A stretch of 64,000 nucleotides of DNA from Guillardia theta CCMP2712 (taxonomy: Eukaryota > Protista > Cryptophyta), in assembly GCF_000315625.1 (NCBI RefSeq), contig NW_005434651.1, forward strand, positions 178,058-242,057. The letters run 5' to 3'. A program made the position numbers and the translations under genes. The first letter of the stretch is position 1; every line of letters begins with the position of its first letter. The notes beneath the pieces were generated by a model. The model saw nothing but the letters and a program-made list of their open reading frames with translations. It had not been told where the DNA came from and made no database searches. Below are positions 11,346 through 23,830 of this stretch, piece after piece.

Positions 11346-13050
11346 ATGGAGGCGCTGCGATGGGCGGAGGTGCTGGCATTTCATGCAGGAAGAATGCGAC
11401 TTCTGATCGGTGAGCTAGCGCGATCACCATGAGCTACCATGTCGAACATTGTTGCATCCATCGCAGGCAACACCTTCATCTCCATCTCGTCCTCCACCTC
11501 GTCATTTCATCATCATCATACATTCCGAGGAAGTATGTTGCAGTAGTCATCGCAATCATCTCCATCATGTTGCCCATTCATGTCCATCACAATCTTAATC
11601 ATGACAGTCACCTTCAAGATTGTCGTTGTTGTTGTCGTCCTTGCCTACAATATCACTGTATATTCTGAAATATGCTCACCTGAAACATCACCATAATTAT
11701 GCATACCATCACCGTCTTCCTCGTCACCACCACGACTATCGACTTCGTCGTCATCGCGTCTTTGTCATCTCCTGACTTGCAACAGTACCTAGCTTTCATT
11801 AACAACACCTTGTCTTCACTTAGTACACATCATTCTTAATACTACAGAAAATCTTGCACCGACGGCAAGGAATGCAGCAAACCAAATTCTGTTTCCTTGA
11901 CTTTCCTTTGCCTTTGTTGCTGTTTCCCACCTTGAAATATAAATTTCTGATTGTTGCTCAAGGTTTTGGAGCGCTAATGTACTCGAGATCTTTTCCCTAT
12001 ACCATCATGTTCTGTCAGGTGAAATCTTAGAGAACGACATATGAAGTTGGTAAACAAGCTCAAAGGCATTTGGCTCTACCGGACTTCCTGTCATGAAAGA
12101 AGGGTTTGCCAAACTGATAGAGGAGTGAGGATACTTGATTGTTGTGCTCGTCGTCTCCGTGACATAACAGCTCAGGTACAAGGAAGCGAGGGAGGACGTT
12201 TCGAGGAATGTGTCGACGGAGAAAGACGCCCTGAGCATGATTGCTGAGTATCATCAAGAAATTCAGAGGCTTCTGATGGAGCACGAGGCTGCCAGGACCT
12301 CGGGCAACTCTTCTCGCATGAACGACATCCAGGGGAAGATAGACGGACTTGAGCACAAGTACAAACTTGCAAAGGTAATGTGTGGAGGATCCTGCGGTCT
12401 CAAAAGGAAGAAGAAAGAGAGATGATGCTTGTAGATGTGAAGGAGAGTGTGCTGATTGTGGAGAAAGGAGATACCATGACATCATGACGTTGATGCCGTT
12501 GACTCTTCAAACTTGCTTCAGGCATCTCTCAGCACAGTAGAAGCTATCTTGCACACGATTGATCCATACAAAGTTTGTCACATCCTGGGTGGCATGTGGA
12601 TTGGAATCTCCGGATGCATCGCGGCAGCCGTTTCCCCCTCAGCTCGCAGCCTCAACGTCGGCCTTAGCCTCGGCGAGAGACTCTCCGCCCTTCTCCGCAG
12701 TCTGCTCGCTGCCCGAGCGCAAAGGAGGATAGAGAGCTCGCAGAGGGGAGGAGGAGCGAGGAGCGAGGAGGAAGAGCGGAGGAGCAGATGGGCAGAGTTC
12801 TCGCTAGACTCCTGCTGCAGGGGGTTGGGAGTGGTGGCAGCCTTCTACATGCAGAGGGTTGTGAACGCGTTCCAGGGGTCGATTATGCTCGCTGCTGTGC
12901 TCAACTGACTGCTCTTTTGCTCCAGCTCGTTGATAGGTGGATCCATCGTCGTGGAGGAGCTCGCAAAGGTGAGATGACTGGCCAAGAGCAGCAGGGGCAG
13001 GGGCAGGGGCAGGAGAAGCAACAGGGGCAGGGGCAGGAGCAGGAGCAGGG

Positions 13051-13095
<45 letters not shown>

Positions 13096-13789
13096 AGAGA
13101 GTGAACGATCATGTTTGAAAGGTGGCGGATGAACGAGGGTCGCAGCTGTCGGAGCATCAGATAAGTGAGGGCCGTTGCGGACCTGGCGGGTTCTGACTTC
13201 AACTCAGACACGGGCAAGATGGCACTTGCTGTCGCCGTCTTTGCATGGCAGTATCGATCCCCAGGAGCCGGACAGGTCTCACAACCTCCTCCTCCTTCTC
13301 CATCCTCCTCCTTCTCCATCCTCCTCCTTCTCCATCCTCCTTTGTTCCCGTCCATCTCTCTGTCTCCTCCTCTTCTCCCCCCTTCCATCTCACTCTCACT
13401 CACTCTCCTCTTTCCAGCTCTGCCCCCTTCCTTCTCTTCCCCTCTCTTCCCCTCCCTTCCTTCTCTTCCCCTCTCTTCCCCTCCCTTCCTTCTCTTCCCC
13501 TCTCTTCCCCTCTCCCCCCTCTTCTTCCTGCTTTCAAACTTCTCCCTCATGACTGAGAGCGCGCGGACTCCGCAGGTCCCTGCCATCTTCTTCCCCATCG
13601 CCTTTCCAGCTTTCGTGCTCGAGAAAATTTTGTCTGCCTTTGCGAGGTGAGGAGGGGCAGGAGGGGAGGGGAGGCAGGGAGGGAGGAAGAGATCTGTAGC
13701 AGAGGAAAGCAAAGAGATTAGGACATGCGCCTCCGCCGCCGCAGCAGCAGCAGAAGCAGAAGCAGAAGCAGCAGCAGAAGCAGAAGCAG

Positions 13790-13833
<44 letters not shown>

Positions 13834-13907
13834 TGGCTTCGATCGCGTGTTTGACATTTTTGTGTTGTTGTTGCAGTCAGCAGATGTGGACTAGCATCTT
13901 GAAATGA
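11346..13907 (+). CDS. Uncharacterised multi-pass membrane protein of a family seen in other protists
   Basis: Spliced MEALRWAEVLAFHAGRMRLLI|GFGALMYSRSFPYTIMFCQ|AFGSTGLP..., IDPYKVCHILGGMWIGISG, AFYMQRVVNAFQGSI, PAIFFPIAFPAFVLE; ~550-nt first intron; stop 13905-13907. Confidence 0.7.
12990..13095. repeat. Intronic (GGAGCA/GGGGCA)n hexamer microsatellite
   Basis: Direct inspection. Confidence 0.9.
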
Positions 13908-14079
13908 TGGTCCATCATCATCGTCATTGTCAATGCCAGCAAGGCTTATCCACCCCCTCCCTCTCCTTTTTTACCACCAAAACATTCCAAACTTCAATGA
14001 AAACGATCAACCTGACATGTTAAACTTTTATTTCATTTCTCATCTGTTCATCATCGTCAACATTCCATGGCAACTTCCG

Positions 14080-17000
14080 TTATGTCCTCCTCCTCGCTTT
14101 CTTCTCCTCCGTCCTCTCAAGCTCCCGCTTTGCCCGCGACCGCGTCATCCTACCACTTTCCTCTTTCCCTACCGTCTCCTTCATTTCAGCTGCCCCTGCA
14201 GATGAAGGTAAGACAGACGCCGGATCAGGACAAGTTTCACCTGAACGACGTGTACTGCGGCTTACTCGAGGAGGGGAGTCAATCGAATTCATCTTTGCTC
14301 CTCCTCCTCCTCCTCCTCCTTTTCCTCCTCCTCCTCCTTTTCCTCCTCCTCCCTTTCCTTCTCCTGTCGCCCCCCTTCTGCTTCTTTCCATCGATTGTCT
14401 CCCCTTCTCCTCCTCATCGTACGCAGTTCCTCCAGGACTATCATTGTCGTCGTCAACATCACCTTCCCCGTCCTCCGCAGAGGCCCCGCTCGCTTCCTCC
14501 GCCGCTGACTCAGAGTCGGGAACCAGCGAAGCGTTGGGCATGTGCGAGAGGCACTTGAAGCAGCGAATGTACTCGGCAGAGACCGGAGGCTGCTGGCGTG
14601 TCAGGGGAGGAAGAGAAGAAGATGAATGGGAGGGAGAGAAGGAGAGGAAGGGGTGGGAGAGGAGCAAGGTGGGGCATGGAGGGAGGGAAAGTCAGGGAAG
14701 GAAAGTTGATATGTGGAGTAGCCTCAAGAGGGAGAGGGGGGGGGCAGGGGGAGATGCAGTGCAGGGACTAGAGGAGGAGCATGAATGTTGAGGGCGAGGA
14801 GGAGGAGGAGGAGGAGGAGGAGGAGGAGGAGGAGGAAGAGGAGGAGGAGAGAGAGAGAGGAGGAGGAGGAGGAGGAGCTGCGTCACCTCGTATCGAATGC
14901 GAGAGAAGAGCTGGTGGACCTCGACGGGCTCGAAGTGATTGTCAAGGAAGTCATCGCTGAATGCAGCAGGGCAGTCGATGCAGCGGAAGAGCATACCCCC
15001 GCAGTCCGACGCCCTCCTCTTGGAGCAGCAGCACCTGTGGTGGGGGCATATCCATCGCTCGTGGCTGCGGAGGATGACGCGCTCCCTCGCCTGCCGCGTG
15101 ACGTTGGTGGAGGGAAGCTGCAGCTTCCTATAGTTGTCGTTGAAGGTGCGGAGGAGGCGTCTACCGTTGATGAAGGAGGGAGTTTTTTCCCGCATCTTGC
15201 TCAGGGTGCTGTTGAACGCCAGCCTGACGTCAGCAGCCAGGTCCTCCGGCCCGTGGTAGCTCCCGTTCTTCACCTTGCTCAGCACGTCCATAAGGCCGAG
15301 GCTGCCCCTGAACCTGGCCCCCTCCTCCTCGCCCCCTTCCCCACCGACGGAGGAGGAGCCGAGGTAGGGGCCCGCGTCCTTGCTCTTCGAGATGCGCATC
15401 ACAAGGTTTCGATAGTCGTGAGGCCACTCGCCTACCGTCGACTTGTCCTCCTCAGTGAACCCGAGCTCCGAGTACACGTCCGACAGGAACCGGCGAAGCG
15501 CTCGAGCAGCCTTGTACACTGGGTGATCTGCTGCGGCCCCTCCCATGATCGCTGACAGCATGCTCTTCAGGGCAGTCACGAAGTGGCTGAAACTGTCGTA
15601 CGTGCCCTTCTGCAGGCTGCGGTGAATGTGCCCGAGCTCGAACTTCCTCCCCTCGAAGGGCGGGTGGGAGCTACCGCTGCTGATGTTGCTGATGTTGCCG
15701 CAGGCGTTGGCGCGCTGGAGGAGCCTTCCCTCTCTCTTCATCAGCACTGTGTTCATCACCTTGTTGCACAGCATCCACTCGTTCGTCGGCATCCTGGTGG
15801 CCCTGGTGGGGCCATGCTGGTCGGTGCTGCTGTTATGACCCACGTGCTCTCCCTCTTCCCCGTGCTTCCCCATGTGCGCATCCTGCCAGGCATGGCTGCC
15901 ACGATCCGACACGTTGTAGGCATCCAGCCCAAGGGCAGGCTGCCCCCCCCCCCCTTCCTCCTCGTCCTCCTCTTCTTCCTCGTCCTCCTCCTCCTCATCC
16001 TCCAACCCTCCCCATCCCTCCGCCTTGATGCAGAACTTGTGCATCACCGTCGGGCATCGCAAGCAGAACAGCATGATCCCGCTGGCTCGCTTGCAACGCT
16101 GGCACGTCCTCCTGTGGAGGAACCCTTTCTTCTTCGTCCCCTCAGTCTTCGTCTTCATCCCCACCACCTGCGTCGCCCCCGCCTTGCCGGACCGTCTCTT
16201 TCCGTCCAGCGTCGTCGCCCACTCGCTCGCCATGTCGTCGGAGCTCTTCCTCTTGGAGTAGTGCTTCCCCTCGAACTGCCGCACAGCAGGCAGTGTCTGG
16301 AACATCTCCTCCAGAGCCGTCGCGTTTACTATGCTCGCGTTCTCTTGCTCCGCCCTCCTCGTCGCCACCTCCGCCAGCTGCACTCCAGCAAGCTCGTCGT
16401 CGCTCCCGTTGTAGACCTTGGTCTCCGAATGCTCCAGCAGCTCCTCGATGTTCGCCTCTGACAGGTTCGCCGCAGGCGTCGCCTGCCCGATGCAGTGGAG
16501 GCCATGGCGGAGGGTGAGGACGATGTCAGAGAGCGAGGCCTTGGGCTCGAGCTCGGGCGAGCGGTTGGGGAGAAGCGCATTTACGCCTTCGCGCATGACG
16601 AGCGCATTCATCAACGCCTTCTGCTCTGCCGCCAGTACGATCCTCTCCTCCACCGTGCCCTGTGTGACCAACCTGCCGCAGGGAGTGAGAGGAGGAGCAA
16701 CAAGAGGGGAGGGAGCAAAGAAGCATGGGCAAGACGAGTGCGAACTCCAACAGATGGCAGGAGGAAGCAAAGCGGGGGGAGGGTGCAGAGGGAGGGAGGG
16801 AGGGGGGGAGCAGAGGTAGAGGTGGAGATACCTATAGCAGTGAACGGTCTTCTTCTGTCCTATCCTGTGCACGCGGTCCATGGCCTGGAGGTCAGCGCTG
16901 GGGTTCCAGTCGCTGTCGAAGATGATGACGGTGTCTGCTGCGATGAGAGTGATGCCGAGGCCTCCGGCGCGGGTCGAGATGAGGTAGACGAAGAAGCGGC

Positions 17001-18871
17001 TCCGGGGGTTCTCGAAGCACGCGATCTCGTACCTCCTCCTCGCCGCTGGCGTCGAGCCGTCGAGCCGGAGGAACTTGTAGTTGCGGAAGCGCATGTAGTC
17101 GCCGATGAGGTCGAGCATCGAGGTGAACTGAGAGTAGATGAGCGCCTTCCTACCCTCCTGCTGCAGCTTCGTCAGGATCTTGTCCAGGACCTGCAGCTTG
17201 CTCGACGTCTCAACGATCCGCTGGTCGGTGACCATCGGGTCGAGCTCAGGCAGGAGGAAGGGATGGTTGCAAACTTTCCTCAGCTGCATCAGCATCGAGT
17301 TGAGCGAGCTGTAGTGCATGCCGAGCTTCTTGGGGGATGCAGGGTCTGTGCTGCCCTTGGACAGCTGAAGGATCTTGTCGATGTCCTGTTTGAGGATCCC
17401 AGCGTATACAAACCTCTGCATCTCTGACAGTGGAACGACTATCTTCTTCTCGATCTTGGGGGGCAGCTCCTGGCTGAGCACATCTCGTTTCAGCCTCCTG
17501 AGCATCAGGGACTCGAGGAGGGAATGGGCACATTCTATCAGAGCAGCGTCGACTACTCCCTGGCTGCTGCTGTTGTGGTAGAGCTGGTTGATGCGGAACC
17601 CGGCGTCTGAGGAGGCAGTCAACGACCATGACGAACATGGGGGAGAGAAGAATCGTGATGCGGGAAGAGGGAGGGGGAGGGAGAGGAGCAGGACAAGGTG
17701 GAAAGAGGAGGGAAGAATGGAGGAGGAAGGTTTGGAGGGAGGAGAAAGGAGGGAGAGCTAACCGAACATCTCAGAGGAATGGAGGACGTCGGGGAAGAGG
17801 ATATTGAGGAGGCTCCACAGCTCATGGAGGTTGTTCTGCAGGGGAGTCCCGGTGATGAGGAGACGGTTGCAGCAGTGGAGCTTGCGGACTACTTGACCAA
17901 GGACGGTGTTCTCGTTCTTCATACGATGCGCTTCGTCCAGCACCACATAGTTCCACACTGACCTCGCAACAAACGCGTGCTGGTCCGCCACGAGCATCTC
18001 GTAGGTGGTGATGCAAATGTCGAACATGCCCTTGTTCAGGACCTCGTGCCGCAGCCGCTCTCTCTCTGCCAAGGACAGGAATCATCGCCCTCCCATCTTT
18101 GCAGCACGACCTGACCCTGATCTGCTGCAGCCCTGCTCTTGCTCTGCTGATACCTTTCCCCATCTCCTCCTCCCCCATCGCGCTGAGACTGTCCTCCTAC
18201 CTCGTTCTGCACCCTTGCTTCACATCCTCTCTGAACTTTTGTGCTCCTATATGACTGCAACGAAAATTCCCTTCTCCTTCCTCCTCTTTCTTCTCTCCCT
18301 CCCTCCTCCCTCCTCGCCTCCTCTATTCATGACCTCCCTCCTCCTTCTCATGCTCTGCCACGACTTCCTCTTCTCCTCTCCTCATCACCTCGCTCCTCGC
18401 TCCCACCTTCCCTGCTCCCCACAGTCTCCACTCTCCTCCTCCTCACCAGCTGAGGACCCATGGAACGTGACGACCTTGAGACTAGGGCACCACTTCTGGG
18501 CTTCGCAAACCCAGCTGTTCATGACTGAGAGCGGGGCCACGACGAGGTGTGGGCCGGGCTCCTGCCTTACAGCCTTGAGGAAGACTAGGAAAGAGAGCAC
18601 CTGGAGGGTCTTTCCCAACCCCTGAGCAGGCGCGTCAGTGGCTGGAGCATGAGGGAGGGGGGACGGGGGGGAGGATGGGTCAAGGGGGAGGAGGATGGGT
18701 CAAGGAGAGGCAGGAGGAGTGGAGTGAGCTGACAAGAAATATGTGGAGGAGAGAGGAGAATGAATAGAGGAACAAGCCGATTAGAGGGGCAGGGTGAGAG
18801 ACAGAGACAGGGAAGGGAAGCGAAGTGGAGGAGGTAGGAGGAAGTAGGACCAAGGTGAAGGGCGGAGAAAG

Positions 18872-18908
<37 letters not shown>

Positions 18909-19592
18909 ATCAAAAGGACAATCAGCCCACCATCTCGTCCCCTAGAATAATCCCTGCGCCCTCGTCGTGCTGTTCGGCCATCCACCGGAGCCCCTCAACC
19001 TGATACCCGCGCATCTCCCCTCCCACCACTTGCCTCGGCTGCCCCTTGACCGGTAGTTTGTGCTTCTTGATCTCCTCAATCGCTCGGAAGAGCAGCGAGT
19101 CCTCCTGCTCCCGCACTCCAGCCAGCAGCTCCGTCATGCGCAGCAGCTTCGCGCCCGTCGCCCCGTCGATCTCTCTGCCGTTGCAAGTGAGATGCCAGAG
19201 GAAGGAAGGGGGAGGAGGACTGCAAGCCCGAGACGAGGAGGACTTGAGCTGGGGTTAAGGGCAAGCAGAGAAGAAGAGAGCAGGAGAGAAGGAGTAGACG
19301 GTGAAGGTGAGGGAGCAGAGAGAAGGAGCAGGAACTTGGGCTGTGATGCAGGACGGACCTGTCATGCGGAGCAAGAAAAGGAGAGAAATGGTCCCAACGA
19401 TCGATGACGAACTGAGCTCGTTTTCCCTGAGAAATCTTGGAGAAACGATGGAGAGTCGCAATCTGTGTTGGGGTGAACGAACAATTGAGACAACCGGAAG
19501 AGACTGTATAGCGGCATCTTGCCTGGTTGGCCCGTTGAGCATTCGCGACAGCAGATTCCTTCCTCTTTGACTGAGAGGATGGGAAGCAAGAA

Positions 19593-19645
<53 letters not shown>

Positions 19646-22600
19646 AAAGGAAGACGAAGAGAAAAGAAAGTCAACTAAAGTCAGATTCGAAACATTCCAA
19701 GGAACACCTGTGGCCAGACGTTCTCCACTGGGACGCGATCGAACGCACCATCCAAGGCATAGTAGAAACTCTCCTTCCGGTTTCGCTCCTTGTGAACAGG
19801 AGTACCCATCTCCTCCGCCTCTGCCTGCTCCTCCTCCTCCTCCTCCTCCTCCTCCTCCTCCTCCTCCTCCTCCTCCCCTCCCCCAACCTCCCCCAGCAGC
19901 TCATCGGTAGCCCCCTCAGCAGCAGCAGCCCCCTCAGCCTCACGCTTGCGGTATACAGAGACCAGCAGCCCATCTCGACAGAGGTTGGAGAGGTGAATAC
20001 CGAGGTAGAAGGGAGCATCGAATGCGACCTCCTTGTTCCTCTCACTGATCCTATCGACAGCACCATCAGAGTCCAACTCGCGGAGAGCGCGGGTGGCAGG
20101 AAGCGAGCAGCAGGCAGCAAAAGCTCACCATTGGATGATCTGGTTCTTGGAGACGGCTGACTGGGGTGAGGTAGCGTTCAACATGTGCAGAGCGTGTCTG
20201 AGTGAGGAACGGCTGAGCTCAAGTAGCACAACACACACATGCGCTTACAAGCACGTCGACCGCCAGGACCCGCGCATCTTCCGGGGAGATGCCCTGGCAT
20301 TGTTGAAGGCGTGGTCGATGTCGACAAAGTTGTCGTCCTGCTGCCTGTAGACAGGTCGTCGCTTCATGTCGCTGCAGTGGCTGGGAGTCAGAGGAGAGGA
20401 GGAACCGAGAGGTAGATTGTTTCCCACCTCACTTCCATCGAGAAGGTCTGTCGCCGACGATCCCTCTCCTCCTCGCTCACTCTCTTGAGGGAGCTCTGCA
20501 CACAAACCTTCTTGTCAGGCCCAGAGGATCCGCAGAGCACAACAAATCCAACACCTCGTAGTCCTCCTGCATCCACTGCGACAAGTTCTGGTACAATGAC
20601 CTCTCCTCCTCTGCTAAGTCCTTCCATTCCGCGCGAAGTTGTCGCTCCTGCGCATTGCGATCTACCACCATCTTTTTGACCTCGATCATCGTCTCGATTC
20701 CATGCCGGTCACGCAGCGTCTGCTGGATGGAAGACAAGAAAGTTGCAGGAGCCAGCGGCTTGATCGAGCTAAAGTTGTGCTCGAGCTGCTCTTCGAGGTA
20801 CGTCCAGGCCTCATGACGATCGGAGATGCAGGAGGGTGAAGTCTCGTTGCTGCTGCTCCCTCTCTCTAGCTCTGTTGAGAACACAAAGTTCTGCCTCCAT
20901 CGCATGCTGAAGAGGAGAGGAGCGTCCCTCCGCTCTAAGTCCAGGTACTTTTTCGCCTCGTGCAGGAGGTGCCTCCCCCAGCTGACGTTGTTACAGACAC
21001 CCAAGTAGAAGTTCAGCCTCTGCTCCATCATCGCCTCCTCCTCCTTCCTCAGCGACTGGTTGTAGGCCATCTCGCGCTTGATGAACATTCGAAACAGCTG
21101 GTAGGCAGGCGGCGGTTTCCCAGCCACAGGCCACAGGAACCACCCAAAGAAAGGAGCCTTGACCCACCGGTGCTGCGCAGGAGGTCGAGGAAGGAAGCAG
21201 CGGACGGTTCTCCTTACCTCCTGCAAGACAGAGCTGACGGGCACGTGGGTGTCCGGATCCATCCAAGACCACCTCCCATCCTTGAACTTCCACTCGAAAC
21301 TCTTTCCCCTCTCGTTGCAACGGGTCTGGTTGACGAGCATTTCGAGGGCGTCCGGGCAGATCCAGTTCTCCGAAGAGCGGGTCGGAAAGCGACCGTAGCT
21401 CTGAAGGACTCTGGAGATCCTGTTGGCCAGTGTTTGGTTGATGAAGTCGAGCAGCACAACACATCGTGGAGGGATCTGAGCGAGGAAGTTGGCACCCATG
21501 AGGAGGATAGGATCGTTCGTCGTTGCGCCCCTGATCCTTACTTTCCTCGAGAGCTCGAGCTTCGGGATGTTCTCCAACACCTCTGTGTTGACGTAGTACA
21601 GGGAAGTGTTGTACTCTGCTGCCATCTGAAGCGCTCGGTCGCGATCCTTTTGGGTCAGAATCAGCCGCTTGTTCAGGCTGTTGGGATTGGGTGGGAGAGC
21701 AGGGGGCCTCATGAATGGCTGCGGGGTCTGTCTGGACCTCGTGCCAGCATTCTGATCTGAGGGGGGAAAGATCAACCAGCGTCAGAAACCAACGGAGCAC
21801 AAGGCAGCAAGTTCACACCTCGGACCCTGACGAACGACTCGTACCGGATCTCCAGCCTCTGCCCTGCAGGAATGTTCTGAGGCAAGCGCACCATCACTTG
21901 ATCGTCTCCATTGCGCAGGATCATCGAGCCTCCCCTGTAACAATTCTGTTGGAGGACTGTAGAGATGATTCTCGGCACCCGTTGGATCCAAGGGCTCCCT
22001 TGTGTTCCTGTTCTCGGGATGGGTATTTGGATCTTCAGTACCTGCCCGACTACTGCCGTCTCAGGGATCTGCACATCCTATCAGACATGAAGCAGTCTGG
22101 TCATCAAACTACCTTGATTGACACCACATAGTCAGAAATAGAGATGTTCAAACGACTCCCGGGAACCATTTCTTCGCTCACTCTCAGATCTCGCAATTCA
22201 TACCCCACCAAAGTTCCCCACAGGATAACTGGTAGTGCGCGCTGAAGGCGCACAGGAGCAGCACAGTCATGAAGTATTGAGTGAGACATATCAGATTTAC
22301 CTGATCAAGTAGCATGCTTCCGGGGGTTTCCGATGCCGCTGGTCTCTTGATCGATGCTCCTGCTGTCCTGTATATCGGTAACGCCAGCGCTGGGTCAGAC
22401 TGCAGGCTCCACGCGTGCTTCTGCTTCGAACATGATGGCAATGGCTCTGATGAGACCTGCCTCGCGCTCTCCTGAGGAAGACTTGTGCCCCCCCGCAGCC
22501 TCCTCGAGCACAGCAGGAGGACGTCACTGTACCGTTGAGCTTTCAGCCATCCGACAGCAGACGCGTCAGAGGGCCGAAAGGTGTCGTGCGGAGAGTTGGT

Positions 22601-22678
22601 TACGAACGCAAGGAGAATGGAAGTGATGGCCAGGAAGACGTTGAAGCTCCTTGCTCGGAAGGCTCCCAGTGTTTTCAT
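14080..22678 (-). CDS. SNF2-family (ISWI/CHD-like) ATP-dependent chromatin remodeller with signal peptide + LRGG leader, HMG-box-like and winged-helix-like segments, split PHD and two bromodomain-like inserts
   Basis: MRGYQVEGLRW, GDEM|GLGKT, VLDEAHRMKN, TGTPLQNNLHELWSLL, QLRKVCNHPFL, FDSDWNPSADLQAMDRVHRIGQ. Exons from ATG 22678 splice in frame to the ATPase. 3' end approximate. Confidence 0.88.
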
Positions 22679-23219
22679 TGGACCCCGACGGCGATGTATG
22701 TTCCTGCGGGGTACTCGGCGCCTCCCTCAGTGACTGGTGGTCTCATCAACTGACGAAGCACCAGCCTATACCATGGTGTTACACTAGACACTTGGATGGA
22801 CTGTAACTTAGCCAACTTGGGAGAAGAGCCGCAAGCAAACCCCCTGCTGGATTCACACTGTCCCGTGCGAAAGGCAATCGGTATTCAAATCATGAGGTGG
22901 ATCTTTTAGCTTGTCCAACCCTGAAAACGACCACCACCTGAGACAATGATCTCATTTCATCTATCACCACACGTGGCGAACTTTTTCTCCTTGGGTCCTC
23001 CCATCTACCACTCCTCCTCCAGTCGTTCTCCGCGGATCCTGGTACTGAGGTCTGAGATCCGTCTGCCAGCTCAGCGTCTGAGGCAAGATGTTCTTCTGGT
23101 TTTCATGCATCCTCCATCTCCTTCAGGTTTGTTCTCTGTCGTCTCCTCCTCCTCTCCTCTCCTCTCTTTCCCCGTTTCTCCCTGCCTTCCGAACCCTCAC
23201 TCTTCGTAGCGCCCGCACG

Positions 23220-23780
23220 CCATGCGGGACCCTGTCCCTCATCCCCTCGCAGACTGGGTCCTCTGGGCCCGCTCCAGGCCCGCCCCCAGGCCCGCGGCGC
23301 GGCCCGGGCCCGGGCCCGGCCGGGCTGACGGATCACAAGTTTGTTAGACTTGTACTGTGCCAAAAAAATGCAGACATCATATCGACCTTAGCTGTAACAA
23401 GACAGTTTTGCTCAAGACCGAGTTCAGTTAATGCACACGAAAACCAGAATTCAAGTGAGGAGCACATGAGAGATACAAATGTAAACTTCAGTGACTCAAG
23501 CATCCAGCCATGAGAGCACCTGAGCAAGACGGCTAGGGAGGAGTCCCTCTTCCGAAGTTCGTCCCACGTACTACATGGCCGCCTCGAAAACACGTAAGGG
23601 TCTTGGAAGCCTCCCGGCCGCGGCATGTGGGCCGCCGCCGCGGCGCGCCCCCGCGCGGCCGGGCCGGGCCGGGCCCGGGCCGGCACTGAGTCACAGTGTC
23701 CGATCACACTGGCTGTCAGTGTGCCCCCCCCAGGCCATCCGATGACTCTCATCCCGGCGGAGGAGCTCACTGAGTCATGG
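23220..23780. promoter_or_regulatory. Two GC-rich CCGG-palindrome blocks flanking an AT-richer spacer, upstream of the SNF2 gene
   Basis: GGCCCGGGCCCGGGCCCGGCCGGG at ~23300 and ~23660; TGAGTCA at ~23687 and ~23771. Confidence 0.45.
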
Positions 23781-23830
23781 TAATCATTCAAGTTAAGTTT
23801 AATGGATGCTAGTAGAATCCATGGAGGCAT

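Noticed and set aside
12804-13712. 302-aa minus-strand ORF and other poly-L/R/S/P ORFs
   Set aside because: Produced by stop-free intronic microsatellites opposite real genes
20477-21775. 432-aa ORF as a stand-alone gene
   Set aside because: Flanked by splice sites that join it in frame to upstream leader exons and downstream SNF2 exons
22726-22942. Inverted ends CTCAG..TGGTGGTC / GACCACCA.CTGAG suggesting a structured RNA (SRP, RNase P/MRP, U3)
   Set aside because: No diagnostic conserved boxes found; the short complementarity may be chance. An Infernal/Rfam scan would settle it
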